A stretch of DNA of 63,182 nt, taken from NCBI GenBank assembly GCA_964413595.1, contig CAYPSR010000001.1, positions 1 to 63,182 on the forward strand. Reading direction: 5' to 3'. The position numbers and the translations under genes were made by a program. A model generated the notes under the pieces. It was not told where the DNA came from. It saw only the letters and a list, made by a program, of their open reading frames with translations, and ran no database searches. Positions 33,948-42,548 of this stretch are shown one piece after another. Source of the DNA: an uncultured Candidatus Saccharibacteria bacterium. GTDB taxonomy: Bacteria > Patescibacteriota > UBA1384 > DATEAH01 > CAYPSR01. Within the stretch, counting starts at the first letter, position 1, and each line of letters starts with the position of its first letter.

Positions 33948-34945
33948 GGTAAATATTTTTGAATATATTCTCGAACTTGCTTAAAATTACCACCGTATGG
34001 AAGCAAAACATAAGCACCATATGCACTGGTTGAATAAAGAAGATGATTTGTAGGATTATTATCAATTACGACCCTCTCAACTGAATCAAAGTCAAGACTT
34101 TCGACTTTTTGCAAAACTGAAAAAATATCACTAATTTCTAAATCAGTTTTAATGTTTTGATTGATATTTGTAAAAAAAGATTGTATTTTTGATGGATCTA
34201 AAAATATTTTCCAATCAACCATTTTTTTCTTAGCTGCTGCCATTATTTCTTGTTGTCTTCTAGATCTATCAAAATCCGATGTTGTTTTTCTACTTCTAGC
34301 ATATTTCAAAGCCAAATCTCCATCCATATGTTGCATGCCAGCATTTACGGAAAATTCATTCCCTAGTTCTGTATCAGTTATCGCACTCGAAACATTTACA
34401 TCAATCCCGCCAATAGAGTTTATAAGATCTTTAAACCCATAAAAATTAATATTAAAATATTTATGGATTGGGATTCCTAAAACCTTGCTAACAGTATTTT
34501 TCATCGCATCTCCGCCGATTCCACGAGCCAAACCTATTTGAAGACCTTCATTGATTTTATGCCTGCCATAAGAATCAATATCTGTATATAAATCTCTTGG
34601 CAAAGATATTAAACTGGCTTTTTCAGTAACTCTGTTATATGAAAAAATCTGAATAGAGTCAGTAAGCATGGCACCGGGGTGATTTGGCCCGCCATTGCCT
34701 AAAATTAAAATATTAAGTCTTGGGCTACCATCATCTAAAACAACTCCATCTATATATAATTCTTGATTATCATTGCGCTCAAATATAATTGGCAAAGAGT
34801 TCTCGACATCTGACACATTCGCTTGTTTGTTGTTTGTGTCTGCCCAAGCATGATTAACTCTATATAAAATAAAAGCAAGATAGGACACACTTACAATAAT
34901 AATTCCGATAAAAATATATAGTATGGTTTTAAAACTTTTTCTCAT
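33944..34945 (-). CDS. LytR-CpsA-Psr (LCP) family protein
   Basis: N-terminal TM helix, 'NILILGNGG', 'TDSIQIFSYN', 'ISLPRDLY', 'ALKYARSRK'. Confidence 0.88.
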   Translation of the reverse strand: MRKSFKTILYIFIGIIIVSVSYLAFILYRVNHAWADTNNKQANVSDVENSLPIIFERNDNQELYIDGVVLDDGSPRLNILILGNGGPNHPGAMLTDSIQIFSYNRVTEKASLISLPRDLYTDIDSYGRHKINEGLQIGLARGIGGDAMKNTVSKVLGIPIHKYFNINFYGFKDLINSIGGIDVNVSSAITDTELGNEFSVNAGMQHMDGDLALKYARSRKTTSDFDRSRRQQEIMAAAKKKMVDWKIFLDPSKIQSFFTNINQNIKTDLEISDIFSVLQKVESLDFDSVERVVIDNNPTNHLLYSTSAYGAYVLLPYGGNFKQVREYIQKYLP

Positions 34946-35245
34946 AGGTCTACTAATTTACCAAAATATACAAATCTTACTAATAAAATATTATAGCTAT
35001 TAACCTTTAGCTAATATCTTTTACTGCCTTATTCTCATTATAGCACAAAATCTTAATGATTTTTAATTTTTATGAATCTAGCATCGGAACAAGTACCGCC
35101 CTCTTTGGCTATTTTCCTTTTTCAATAATTTCTTCAACTTTTCTTTTAGCTTCTTCTAATAATTCTTTAGATTTTTGGCGAGCAAAGTAGGCTTGTTTTT
35201 AATCCTTGCCATTTTTTCTCCTTTGATTAATTTATATAAAATAAT

Positions 35246-35275
35246 TTGACAATATATTAAAAACTAATATATAAT
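35246..35275 (+). promoter_or_regulatory. promoter TTGACA-18-TATAAT with an 8-5-8 inverted repeat ATATATTA-AAAAC-TAATATAT (35252-35272) in the spacer
   Basis: Read directly. 36 nt upstream of the LexA-Dcm ATG. Confidence 0.5.
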
Positions 35276-35310
35276 TGAATTATAATAGAAAATAAATAGA
35301 AGGTCGCTCC

Positions 35311-36888
35311 ATGCTCACTAAAAAACAAAAAAAGGTATTTGATTACATTCAAAGCTACATAAATAAGATGAAATATGCCCCCTCACTTGAAGAAATAAAA
35401 AAACATTTTAGTTTTTCCTCTGTTTCAACCGCATATCATCATGTTAAAAAACTTCAAACTGCTGGATATCTTAGAAAACAATTTAATCAACCTCGATCAG
35501 TCGAAGCTTTTTCTCACAAAGATACTATGCCAGTTCCCCTAATTGGGACAATTACTGCCGGACAGCCGATTGAAGCGGTTGAAAATTATGAAGATACACT
35601 TTTAATTGAAAATAATAACTCTTACAATCCAAAAAATATTTATGCACTTAAAGTATCTGGGGACAGCATGATAGATGAAGGCATTTTTGACGGTGATATT
35701 GTAGTGATAAAAAAGCAATCGGTCGCAGAAAATGGACAAACAGTAGTAGCAATTATTGACGAAAACCAAGCAACACTAAAAAAATTCTATCAAGAAAAGA
35801 ACAGGGTTAGACTTGAGCCAAGGAATCAATTATTATTGCCCTTTTATAGAAAAGAGATCGAAATTCGAGGTGTAGTAATTCAGATAATAAGAAATATGGG
35901 CGATGGTGAAAAGAATAAAAAAACAACTCAGCCCCAAAAAATATTTAAAACCATTGATCTATTCGCAGGAATAGGCGGGATAAGACTTGGGTTTGAAAAA
36001 GCAGGATTTAAAACAGTGTTCGCAAATGATTTTGAATCAAAATGTAAAGAAACATATGATGAAAATTTTCAAGATTCAAAATTAATAGTCGAGGATATTA
36101 GAAAAATTGGAATAGGCGATATCCCTGATTTTGATTTTTTACTTGGCGGTTTTCCTTGCCAGGCTTTTTCTATCGCCGGTCATCAACAAGGATTTAATGA
36201 CAAAAAAGGACGAGGCAATTTGTTTTTTGATATCGCAAAAATTATTCAGGCTCGAAAACCTGAGGGTTTTTTACTTGAAAATGTAAAAAATCTTAAAAAC
36301 CACGATCATGGAAAAACATTTCGTATCATTATCGAAACACTCAAAGACCTTGGTTATTATGTTAAATCACAGGTGTTAAATAGTATGGATTATGGTAATA
36401 TTCCTCAAAATAGAGAAAGAATTTATATTGTAGGATTTAAAAACAAGAGTGCAATTGAAAAATTCAATTTTCCAAAACCAATACCGCTCAACAAAACGAT
36501 TGGTGATATTTTAGAAACTGAAGTTGATGAGAAATATTATTACAATAACAAACCATTATATGACAAAATAAAAGACCACATAAAAAATAAAAATACAGTT
36601 TATCAATGGCGAAGGCAATATGTCAGAGAAAACAAAAAAGGAGTTTGCCCCACGCTTACTGCAAATATGGGCACAGGAGGACATAATGTTCCAATAATTA
36701 AAGACGAAAAGGGAATACGCAAGCTTACACCTTTAGAATGCACAAGAGTACAAGGTTTTCCGAAAAGTTATAAATTACCAAATCTAGCTGATTCTGTATT
36801 ATATAAACAAATAGGCAACTCGGTGAGTGTGCCAGTGATAGAACGAATAGCTAATAACATTCACTTGACTCTCTCGTTAAACCCCTGA
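35311..36888 (+). CDS. LexA (wHTH + S24 self-cleaving peptidase) fused to a C5-cytosine DNA methyltransferase
   Basis: LexA part: 'ITAGQPIEA' (Ala83-Gly84), 'VSGDSM' (Ser119), 'ATLKKF' (Lys157). MTase part: 'DLFAGIGG', 'GGFPCQAFS', 'LLENVKNL', 'QNRERIYIVG', 'GNSVSVPV'. One uninterrupted 525-codon frame. Confidence 0.85.
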   Translation: MLTKKQKKVFDYIQSYINKMKYAPSLEEIKKHFSFSSVSTAYHHVKKLQTAGYLRKQFNQPRSVEAFSHKDTMPVPLIGTITAGQPIEAVENYEDTLLIENNNSYNPKNIYALKVSGDSMIDEGIFDGDIVVIKKQSVAENGQTVVAIIDENQATLKKFYQEKNRVRLEPRNQLLLPFYRKEIEIRGVVIQIIRNMGDGEKNKKTTQPQKIFKTIDLFAGIGGIRLGFEKAGFKTVFANDFESKCKETYDENFQDSKLIVEDIRKIGIGDIPDFDFLLGGFPCQAFSIAGHQQGFNDKKGRGNLFFDIAKIIQARKPEGFLLENVKNLKNHDHGKTFRIIIETLKDLGYYVKSQVLNSMDYGNIPQNRERIYIVGFKNKSAIEKFNFPKPIPLNKTIGDILETEVDEKYYYNNKPLYDKIKDHIKNKNTVYQWRRQYVRENKKGVCPTLTANMGTGGHNVPIIKDEKGIRKLTPLECTRVQGFPKSYKLPNLADSVLYKQIGNSVSVPVIERIANNIHLTLSLNP

Positions 36889-37338
36889 CATTTTTTTTAA
36901 TATCTCCCAATTTTCTTTATATTCTTGCAATTGGCTAAGATTTTTTGTGTTTGCCATATCTTTAATATCATCAATAGGTATAATATAGCACTCACCCGAT
37001 CTGCCATCAACAATTAGAATAATGTCGCAATCTTTAGATGTATATTTATATGTTCTCTGCGCAACTTCTCGACTAATTTGCCTTCCACTTCTACCGCCTC
37101 CGATAAAACTCACTGACCCAGTCGAAGTTCCTTTTATCTGAACACGTAATAATCTATTGTTGCCAACATCTATGATAGCATCATACCTACCATTCGTAAC
37201 GTCAGCCCTAGAACAAGGGAATCCTGCTTTCATACAACGCCCAACACCTATCATTTCGTCTGAATTTCCGTTAATTGTTCTGAAAATTCCCTCACTAAAT
37301 CCAGTTAAATTCTTTGACCATTCTTTTTTATTTTTCAT
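36877..37338 (-). CDS. small PD-(D/E)xK-type nuclease, candidate restriction endonuclease partner
   Basis: 'RYDAIIDVGNNRLLRVQIKGT' (D...Q-x-K) and 'DCDIILIVD...CYIIP'. Its 3' end overlaps the MTase 3' end by 12 nt. Confidence 0.55.
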   Translation of the reverse strand: MKNKKEWSKNLTGFSEGIFRTINGNSDEMIGVGRCMKAGFPCSRADVTNGRYDAIIDVGNNRLLRVQIKGTSTGSVSFIGGGRSGRQISREVAQRTYKYTSKDCDIILIVDGRSGECYIIPIDDIKDMANTKNLSQLQEYKENWEILKKMSGV

Positions 37339-37435
37339 TATTTAGTCTTATTTTTTATTTTATTATACCACACATTACACATAATTTTAATTATTATCTC
37401 AAAAGAAACCTAAAAGCAATTTTTGGAATACCATT

Positions 37436-37479
37436 TATATAGATTCCGGATAGCCATCTTCGATGTTCCGGGATGACAG
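37436..37479. repeat. family A repeat, right half only
   Basis: tatatagattccggatagccatcttcgatgttccgggatgacag. Confidence 0.7.
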
Positions 37480-37534
37480 ATAGAAAGGGGCTAGATTTTT
37501 AAGACTTTTTTGCTAAGTTTCCCAGCAGGATATA

Positions 37535-38629
37535 TTATTTAACTTGTCTCAAAATTAATTCTGCGATTTTGTCAGCTGCATTCGGCATAGACATTTTGTA
37601 AATATTATCTGAAAACCTTTTTAATAATACTGGCTTTGTAATTAGATCATTGATATTTGCAAGTAGTTTATTGGGAGTTAATTCTGATTCTTTCAAAACC
37701 AAGGACGCATGGTTTTGAGCAAATATTTCAGCATTTTTATTTTGATGATCAGACGCGGCTGACGGCAATGGAATTAATATTGCGGGCTTTTTCATTGCTG
37801 CAAGCTCAAAAACCGCACCCCCACTTCTTGAAACAACCAAATCCGCTGATTTCAAAAACCCAACCATTTCCTTTGTTACAAAAGAGTGATTTTGATAATT
37901 CGTCTGCTGGAGTTTGGATAATTGGTTTTTAAGCTTTTGAGATCTTTGAAAATCAGCTTCACCAGTTAAGTGAATCACCTTGTATTTTTCTGTTAATTTT
38001 GGAAGAATACTAAAAATAAGATGATTTATCGCACCTGCCCCTTGACTCCCACCAGTTATTAAAACCGTCTTCCTTCTATTTGTATCTTGTATCTTGCATC
38101 TTGCATCTTGCAAAAACTCTTTTCTGATTGGCAATCCCGTATAAACGGCTTTATTTCTAATTGTTTTTGGATAGTATTGAAGCGGAAATGTTACGGCAAT
38201 TTTCGTTGCATATTTAGATAAAAACTTGTTCGCCATACCCATTACAGAATCTGATTCATGCAAAATAATTGGAACACTTTGTATCCAAGCGGCTAAAACA
38301 ACAGGAGCTGTAACATATCCACCTTTAGCAAATATTATATCTGGCTTAAATCTTTTAATTATTTTAGAGGCTTGAAAAAAACCCTGCATCGCCCTAAATG
38401 GATCTATAAAATTATTCCATGAAAAATATCTACGAAGCTTACCTACGGAAATAGATTTATAAAAAATTGATTGCTCTGGGACTATTTTCGCCTCAAGACC
38501 GTTTTTTGAGCCAATGTATAAAAATTCAGTTTTATGTTTTTTTTCAATGGCTTTTTGAACAGCAAGTGTTGGCCAAATGTGACCAGCCGTACCACCACCA
38601 GTTAAGATAATTTTAATATTCTTACTCAT
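37535..38629 (-). CDS. murG: UDP-N-acetylglucosamine--N-acetylmuramyl-(pentapeptide) pyrophosphoryl-undecaprenol N-acetylglucosamine transferase
   Basis: 'ILTGGGTAGHIWP' and 'ITGGSQGA'. Trimmed to Met11 (AGGAG SD upstream); the track extension runs through a repeat. Confidence 0.92.
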   Translation of the reverse strand: MSKNIKIILTGGGTAGHIWPTLAVQKAIEKKHKTEFLYIGSKNGLEAKIVPEQSIFYKSISVGKLRRYFSWNNFIDPFRAMQGFFQASKIIKRFKPDIIFAKGGYVTAPVVLAAWIQSVPIILHESDSVMGMANKFLSKYATKIAVTFPLQYYPKTIRNKAVYTGLPIRKEFLQDARCKIQDTNRRKTVLITGGSQGAGAINHLIFSILPKLTEKYKVIHLTGEADFQRSQKLKNQLSKLQQTNYQNHSFVTKEMVGFLKSADLVVSRSGGAVFELAAMKKPAILIPLPSAASDHQNKNAEIFAQNHASLVLKESELTPNKLLANINDLITKPVLLKRFSDNIYKMSMPNAADKIAELILRQVK

Positions 38630-38677
38630 AATACGAATTTCTCCTACCAAATATACCAATAATACGAATATACCAAT
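38630..38677. repeat. family E repeat, left inverted copy flanking the GxxExxY gene
   Basis: aatacgaatttctcctaccaaatataccaataatacgaatataccaatt. cctaccaaa (38643-38651) pairs with tttggtagg (39093-39101). Confidence 0.7.
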
Positions 38678-38679
38678 TA

Positions 38680-39057
38680 TTATTTAAGATTTAATATTCT
38701 TTTATATCTTACTTTATTTTTTGTAAAATTTGCTAATATACCTAACTTTAAATTTTTACTTATAAGATATTCATAAACTTGTTTTATATCTTGAGGCTTA
38801 AATATTTCACCTCTCTTTATTTCTAATACTACTTTATTCTCAATTAAGAAATCTAAATAGATTTTTCCGATAAGTTTTTCTTTATAATATATTGGGTGAT
38901 ATAATTCAGATTCAAATTTTATCTTTTTGTCTTCTAATTCAACCCCAATGGCTTTGTGATAAAAACTTTCCCGATGCCCACCACCTATTTGGTTAAAAAC
39001 ATTATATAAAACTCCAACTATTTTAAAACATAATTTTTTATAAATCAATTTAGTCAT
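38680..39057 (-). CDS. GxxExxY (PD-(D/E)xK_3, rRNA-IVS-associated type) protein
   Basis: 'GGGHRESFYHKAIGVELEDKKIKFESE'; 125 aa. Confidence 0.8.
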   Translation of the reverse strand: MTKLIYKKLCFKIVGVLYNVFNQIGGGHRESFYHKAIGVELEDKKIKFESELYHPIYYKEKLIGKIYLDFLIENKVVLEIKRGEIFKPQDIKQVYEYLISKNLKLGILANFTKNKVRYKRILNLK

Positions 39058-39063
39058 TATTTC

Positions 39064-39104
39064 AAATTCGTATATTGGTAAAAATTGGTACTTTTGGTAG
39101 GATA
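39064..39104. repeat. family E repeat, right inverted copy flanking the GxxExxY gene
   Basis: aaattcgtatattggtaaaaattggtacttttggtaggata. Confidence 0.7.
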
Positions 39105-39108
39105 ATTT

Positions 39109-40260
39109 TCACTTTTGTGAATATTTGGATACATTGAGTAAAATTCCAACCGCTGCTAAATTAACAATGAATGAAGAACCACCGTAACTAATAAATGGCA
39201 ATGGTACTCCTGTTAAAGGAATAAGTCCCATCATTGCTCCCAAATTAACCAAAGCTTGAACTACAAACCATAACGTAATACCAGTAGCTAAAAGTTTTCC
39301 AAAATCATCAATCGCATTTTTAGCTATTTTTAATCCTCTCCAGCCAATAATAAAAAACAAAAACAAAACAAATATACTTCTAAAAAAACCAAGCTCTTCA
39401 GCAATTACAGCAAAAATAGAATCTGTCATTGGTTCTGGTAGGTAATTATATTTTTGCAAAGAATTTCCATATCCCCTTCCCCAAAATCCCCCTGAACCTA
39501 TCGCAATCAAAGACTGGTTTATTTGATAACCAGCGCTTAAAACATCTGCATTAGGATTTATAAAAGTCAAAAAACGCTGCATCCTATAAGCAGAAGATTT
39601 AATTAAAATCCAAAAAGCTATTAAAAATATTGGGATACTTCCGAGTAAATAATAAAGATTGGCATTTGCAATTAAATACATCCCAATACCAATAACCAAA
39701 AATATAATAGCTGTTCCCATGTCTGGTTGCTTAATTAAAATAACGCCAATAACAGCAACGGAAATCAGAAATGGCAAAAAACCGTATGAAAAACTTTTTA
39801 CCTTATCTTTAAAACCATCATAAAAAGAGGCTAAAAAGATTATAAAACCCAGTTTTAAAAGCTCAGATGGCTGAAACAAAAAAGACCCAAATCCCATCCA
39901 ACGATGCGCACCACCCAACTGTATTCCAATCTTTGGCATAAAAACCAGCAAGGTTAAAACAATTGTTATTAAAAATATCCAAATGTAATGCTTCTTCCAG
40001 AAATGATAATCTATGTTTTGAAAAATAAGCCACGCAAATACACCAATTCCAAAACTAATTAACTGACGAGTCAAATAGTAGTAGCTAGATGCGCCGTCGG
40101 TGGCTTGGTATGATTTGATTACAGATGATGAAGCTACCATAACTAAACCAAAAATCGCCAATGCAAAAACTGCCAAAGACAAAATATGATCCGGTTTTTT
40201 CTTAACTCGAAACTTTGATAATTTATTATTTTGTAATTTTGCGAAAGATCGTTCTCTCAA
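39109..40260 (-). CDS. ftsW: SEDS-family peptidoglycan polymerase FtsW/RodA
   Basis: Ten or so TM helices; 'QPSELLKL', 'PDMGTA', 'GVPLPFISYGGSS'. Confidence 0.9.
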   Translation of the reverse strand: MRERSFAKLQNNKLSKFRVKKKPDHILSLAVFALAIFGLVMVASSSVIKSYQATDGASSYYYLTRQLISFGIGVFAWLIFQNIDYHFWKKHYIWIFLITIVLTLLVFMPKIGIQLGGAHRWMGFGSFLFQPSELLKLGFIIFLASFYDGFKDKVKSFSYGFLPFLISVAVIGVILIKQPDMGTAIIFLVIGIGMYLIANANLYYLLGSIPIFLIAFWILIKSSAYRMQRFLTFINPNADVLSAGYQINQSLIAIGSGGFWGRGYGNSLQKYNYLPEPMTDSIFAVIAEELGFFRSIFVLFLFFIIGWRGLKIAKNAIDDFGKLLATGITLWFVVQALVNLGAMMGLIPLTGVPLPFISYGGSSFIVNLAAVGILLNVSKYSQK

Positions 40261-40388
40261 AACCCCTCCGATAATATATTAAATCTCAAATATTAAGCAC
40301 CAACATCTCCCGACGTTTCGATCAAAATCACGATTGAGACATTGAGATTTGATTTAAAATTGTAAATTGCAAATTGGAAATTACACTT

Positions 40389-41405
40389 TTACCCGCGTCC
40401 AATTAATGCAATAACCAGCCCAATTATTCCAGCAATAGCGCCAATTAACCAAAATCTGGTTGTGACTTTTGTTTCGTGCCAACCGATTGCTTGAAAATGA
40501 TTATGAATTGGCGATGACAGAATTAATTTTTTTCCGCCAGTCAATTTTCTATAGCATCTTTGAATAATTACTGATAATGTTTCAAATACAAAAACAAATC
40601 CAATTATAGGCAAAGCAACTACACTGTTTGTTAACATCGCCACCACGCCCAAGGTAGCACCAAGTGACATAGCTCCCGTGTCGCCCATAAAAAATCTCGC
40701 TGGATAAATGTTAAACCATAAAAATGCAATTGTTGCCCCAGCTATTGTGCCACAAAATGCTGCTATTCCATATTGTTGCTGTACAAATGCGATAACACCA
40801 AAAAATAAAAACGCCATAGATAGTAAGCCGCCGGCTAAACCATCTAAACCATCTGTAATATTAACAGCATTTGCAGTGGCAATAATAACAAAAATAAATA
40901 AAGGTATGTACCAAAACCCAATCGCAAAATCACCTATTCCCGGAAGATGTATGCCATGCAGTCCCCAGCCCAATTTAGAAAAAAACCACCAAGCACCAAG
41001 TGCAGCAATTATTAAAAGCCATAATATTTTATAGCGCGCCCTAATACCTTTATATTGCCCAATACCACGAACATTAATATAATCATCAAATGCACCCAAG
41101 ATCGCAGTAGTAACTAGCGCGAACAAAGGCAACCACGTCTGACTTCTTGTAAAATTAAAAACCAAAGTTATAACTAGTGCTGTTATCCAAATTAAAAGTC
41201 CACCCATCACTGGTGTATTTTCTTTGTGCGCATGAAGTTTATTGAAAACTGGTGCATTATCTTTTTTAACATGCTTCCAAACTTTATATTTAAATAAAAG
41301 GCTTGTTAAAATTGGCGTCCACAAAAATGCAATAATAAAGCTTATCCCAGTTAATGCAAAAACCTTAATCATTGCTGGCACATTTAAAATTATTGCTTCA
41401 TTCAT
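40389..41405 (-). CDS. mraY: phospho-N-acetylmuramoyl-pentapeptide transferase
   Basis: 'GAFDDY', 'NAVNITDGLDGLA', 'FMGDTGAMSLG'. Confidence 0.93.
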   Translation of the reverse strand: MNEAIILNVPAMIKVFALTGISFIIAFLWTPILTSLLFKYKVWKHVKKDNAPVFNKLHAHKENTPVMGGLLIWITALVITLVFNFTRSQTWLPLFALVTTAILGAFDDYINVRGIGQYKGIRARYKILWLLIIAALGAWWFFSKLGWGLHGIHLPGIGDFAIGFWYIPLFIFVIIATANAVNITDGLDGLAGGLLSMAFLFFGVIAFVQQQYGIAAFCGTIAGATIAFLWFNIYPARFFMGDTGAMSLGATLGVVAMLTNSVVALPIIGFVFVFETLSVIIQRCYRKLTGGKKLILSSPIHNHFQAIGWHETKVTTRFWLIGAIAGIIGLVIALIGRG

Positions 41406-42499
41406 TATTCTCCTTTAAGTTTATGTTTAAGATATTGAATTATTTTTTCCATTTTCATCAATCGAGACCCTTTTATCAAAATAACATCCCCTGCTTTATA
41501 TTGTATATTATTTTTCTCGATAAATTCTAGGGAATCTAAAAACCAATTGTTGGCATTTTTCCTATATTCATAATAATTTTCGCCAATTAAAAACAAAAGA
41601 TCAGAACTTTCTTTTGCTTTTTTTGAAATAATACCATGCGCTTTTTCACTATAATCACCTAATTCAGCCATAGATCCTAATATAACGATTTTTCTTTTTC
41701 CGGAAATTGTTTTTAAATAATTTAATGCCAAATCTACTGACCCAGGGTTTGCGTTATAAGAATCATCAATAATAGTTATGTTTTTAATTTTAATATTATT
41801 TAATCTTCCTTCAAGAGGCTTCAATTTTTCAAGTGATTTATCAATTAATTTTTTTTCTAAACCCATTAATTCTCCAACCCTTACAGCAGCTTGCTTGCTT
41901 AAATCAATTTCACTATTGTCATAATAAAATACCTTAGCCTTTGTTTCCTTGGCAATGTTTGATGACCAAGGGTCTTTTTTATTTAATATCAAAACACCTT
42001 CTTGGCCCAATGATTTAGCTAACTGTTTTTTTTCATTAAATATTCCCTTGGTCGTCTTAAAAAACTCTAAATGAGCAGGTACAATTTTCGTATAAACAGC
42101 GATATCAACTTTCAACCATTTACAAATTCTTTCAATATCACCGGGCAAATCAGCGGCTATTTCTAATATTAAATATTTAGGATATTTTTTAGATAAGATA
42201 AAATAAATCATTTTTAAATATGCAAAAAACACAAAAAATCCCCATAAAAAATTGATTTTCGGGGGATTTTTAAATAGTAAAATCGACAAAGGAAGACCAA
42301 ATTTTGTATTTAAGGTACCATGACTTTTCTCAACTCCTGAGCCGAAACCATTTGTTAAAACCTGAGAAATTGCTTCTTTAGTGCTACTTTTCGCGACTGA
42401 ACCAGTTATAGCAATTATTTTTGGTTCAAAATATCCCAAAACAGTCTTCGCTGGTATAACTAATGATTTTTCTAATAAATTTAATATAAATTCTTTCAT
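41405..42499 (-). CDS. murF: Mur ligase, MurF-like (short form)
   Basis: 'IIAITGSVAKSSTKE' (P-loop with Ala where Gly is usual) and 'DDSYNANP'. Trimmed to Met31. Confidence 0.7.
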   Translation of the reverse strand: MKEFILNLLEKSLVIPAKTVLGYFEPKIIAITGSVAKSSTKEAISQVLTNGFGSGVEKSHGTLNTKFGLPLSILLFKNPPKINFLWGFFVFFAYLKMIYFILSKKYPKYLILEIAADLPGDIERICKWLKVDIAVYTKIVPAHLEFFKTTKGIFNEKKQLAKSLGQEGVLILNKKDPWSSNIAKETKAKVFYYDNSEIDLSKQAAVRVGELMGLEKKLIDKSLEKLKPLEGRLNNIKIKNITIIDDSYNANPGSVDLALNYLKTISGKRKIVILGSMAELGDYSEKAHGIISKKAKESSDLLFLIGENYYEYRKNANNWFLDSLEFIEKNNIQYKAGDVILIKGSRLMKMEKIIQYLKHKLKGE

Positions 42500-42548
42500 T
42501 TGTATTTCATTTATATCATATTTTAGCCTGAATGAAAAGAAATCCCGC

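Noticed and set aside
35105-35212. Mini-ORF with a perfect AAGGAG SD (MARIKNKPTLLAKNLKNY, extendable to about 36 aa 'SKELLEEAKRKVEEIIEKGK' by a 1-nt shift in an A5 run)
   Set aside because: It is too short and frame-broken to call, with no recognisable family. Noted only as a possible decayed small gene next to the LexA-Dcm island.
38630-38659. N-terminal extensions given by the ORF track (murG to 38659, glyQS to 49823, murF to 42589, 15366 gene to 16409, 55244 gene to 55630, 81 gene to 1259, AbrB gene to 13038)
   Set aside because: The extensions run through intergenic repeats or neighbouring genes. Internal ATGs are preceded by good SD sequences or TATAAT boxes and coincide with the conserved N-termini of the families.
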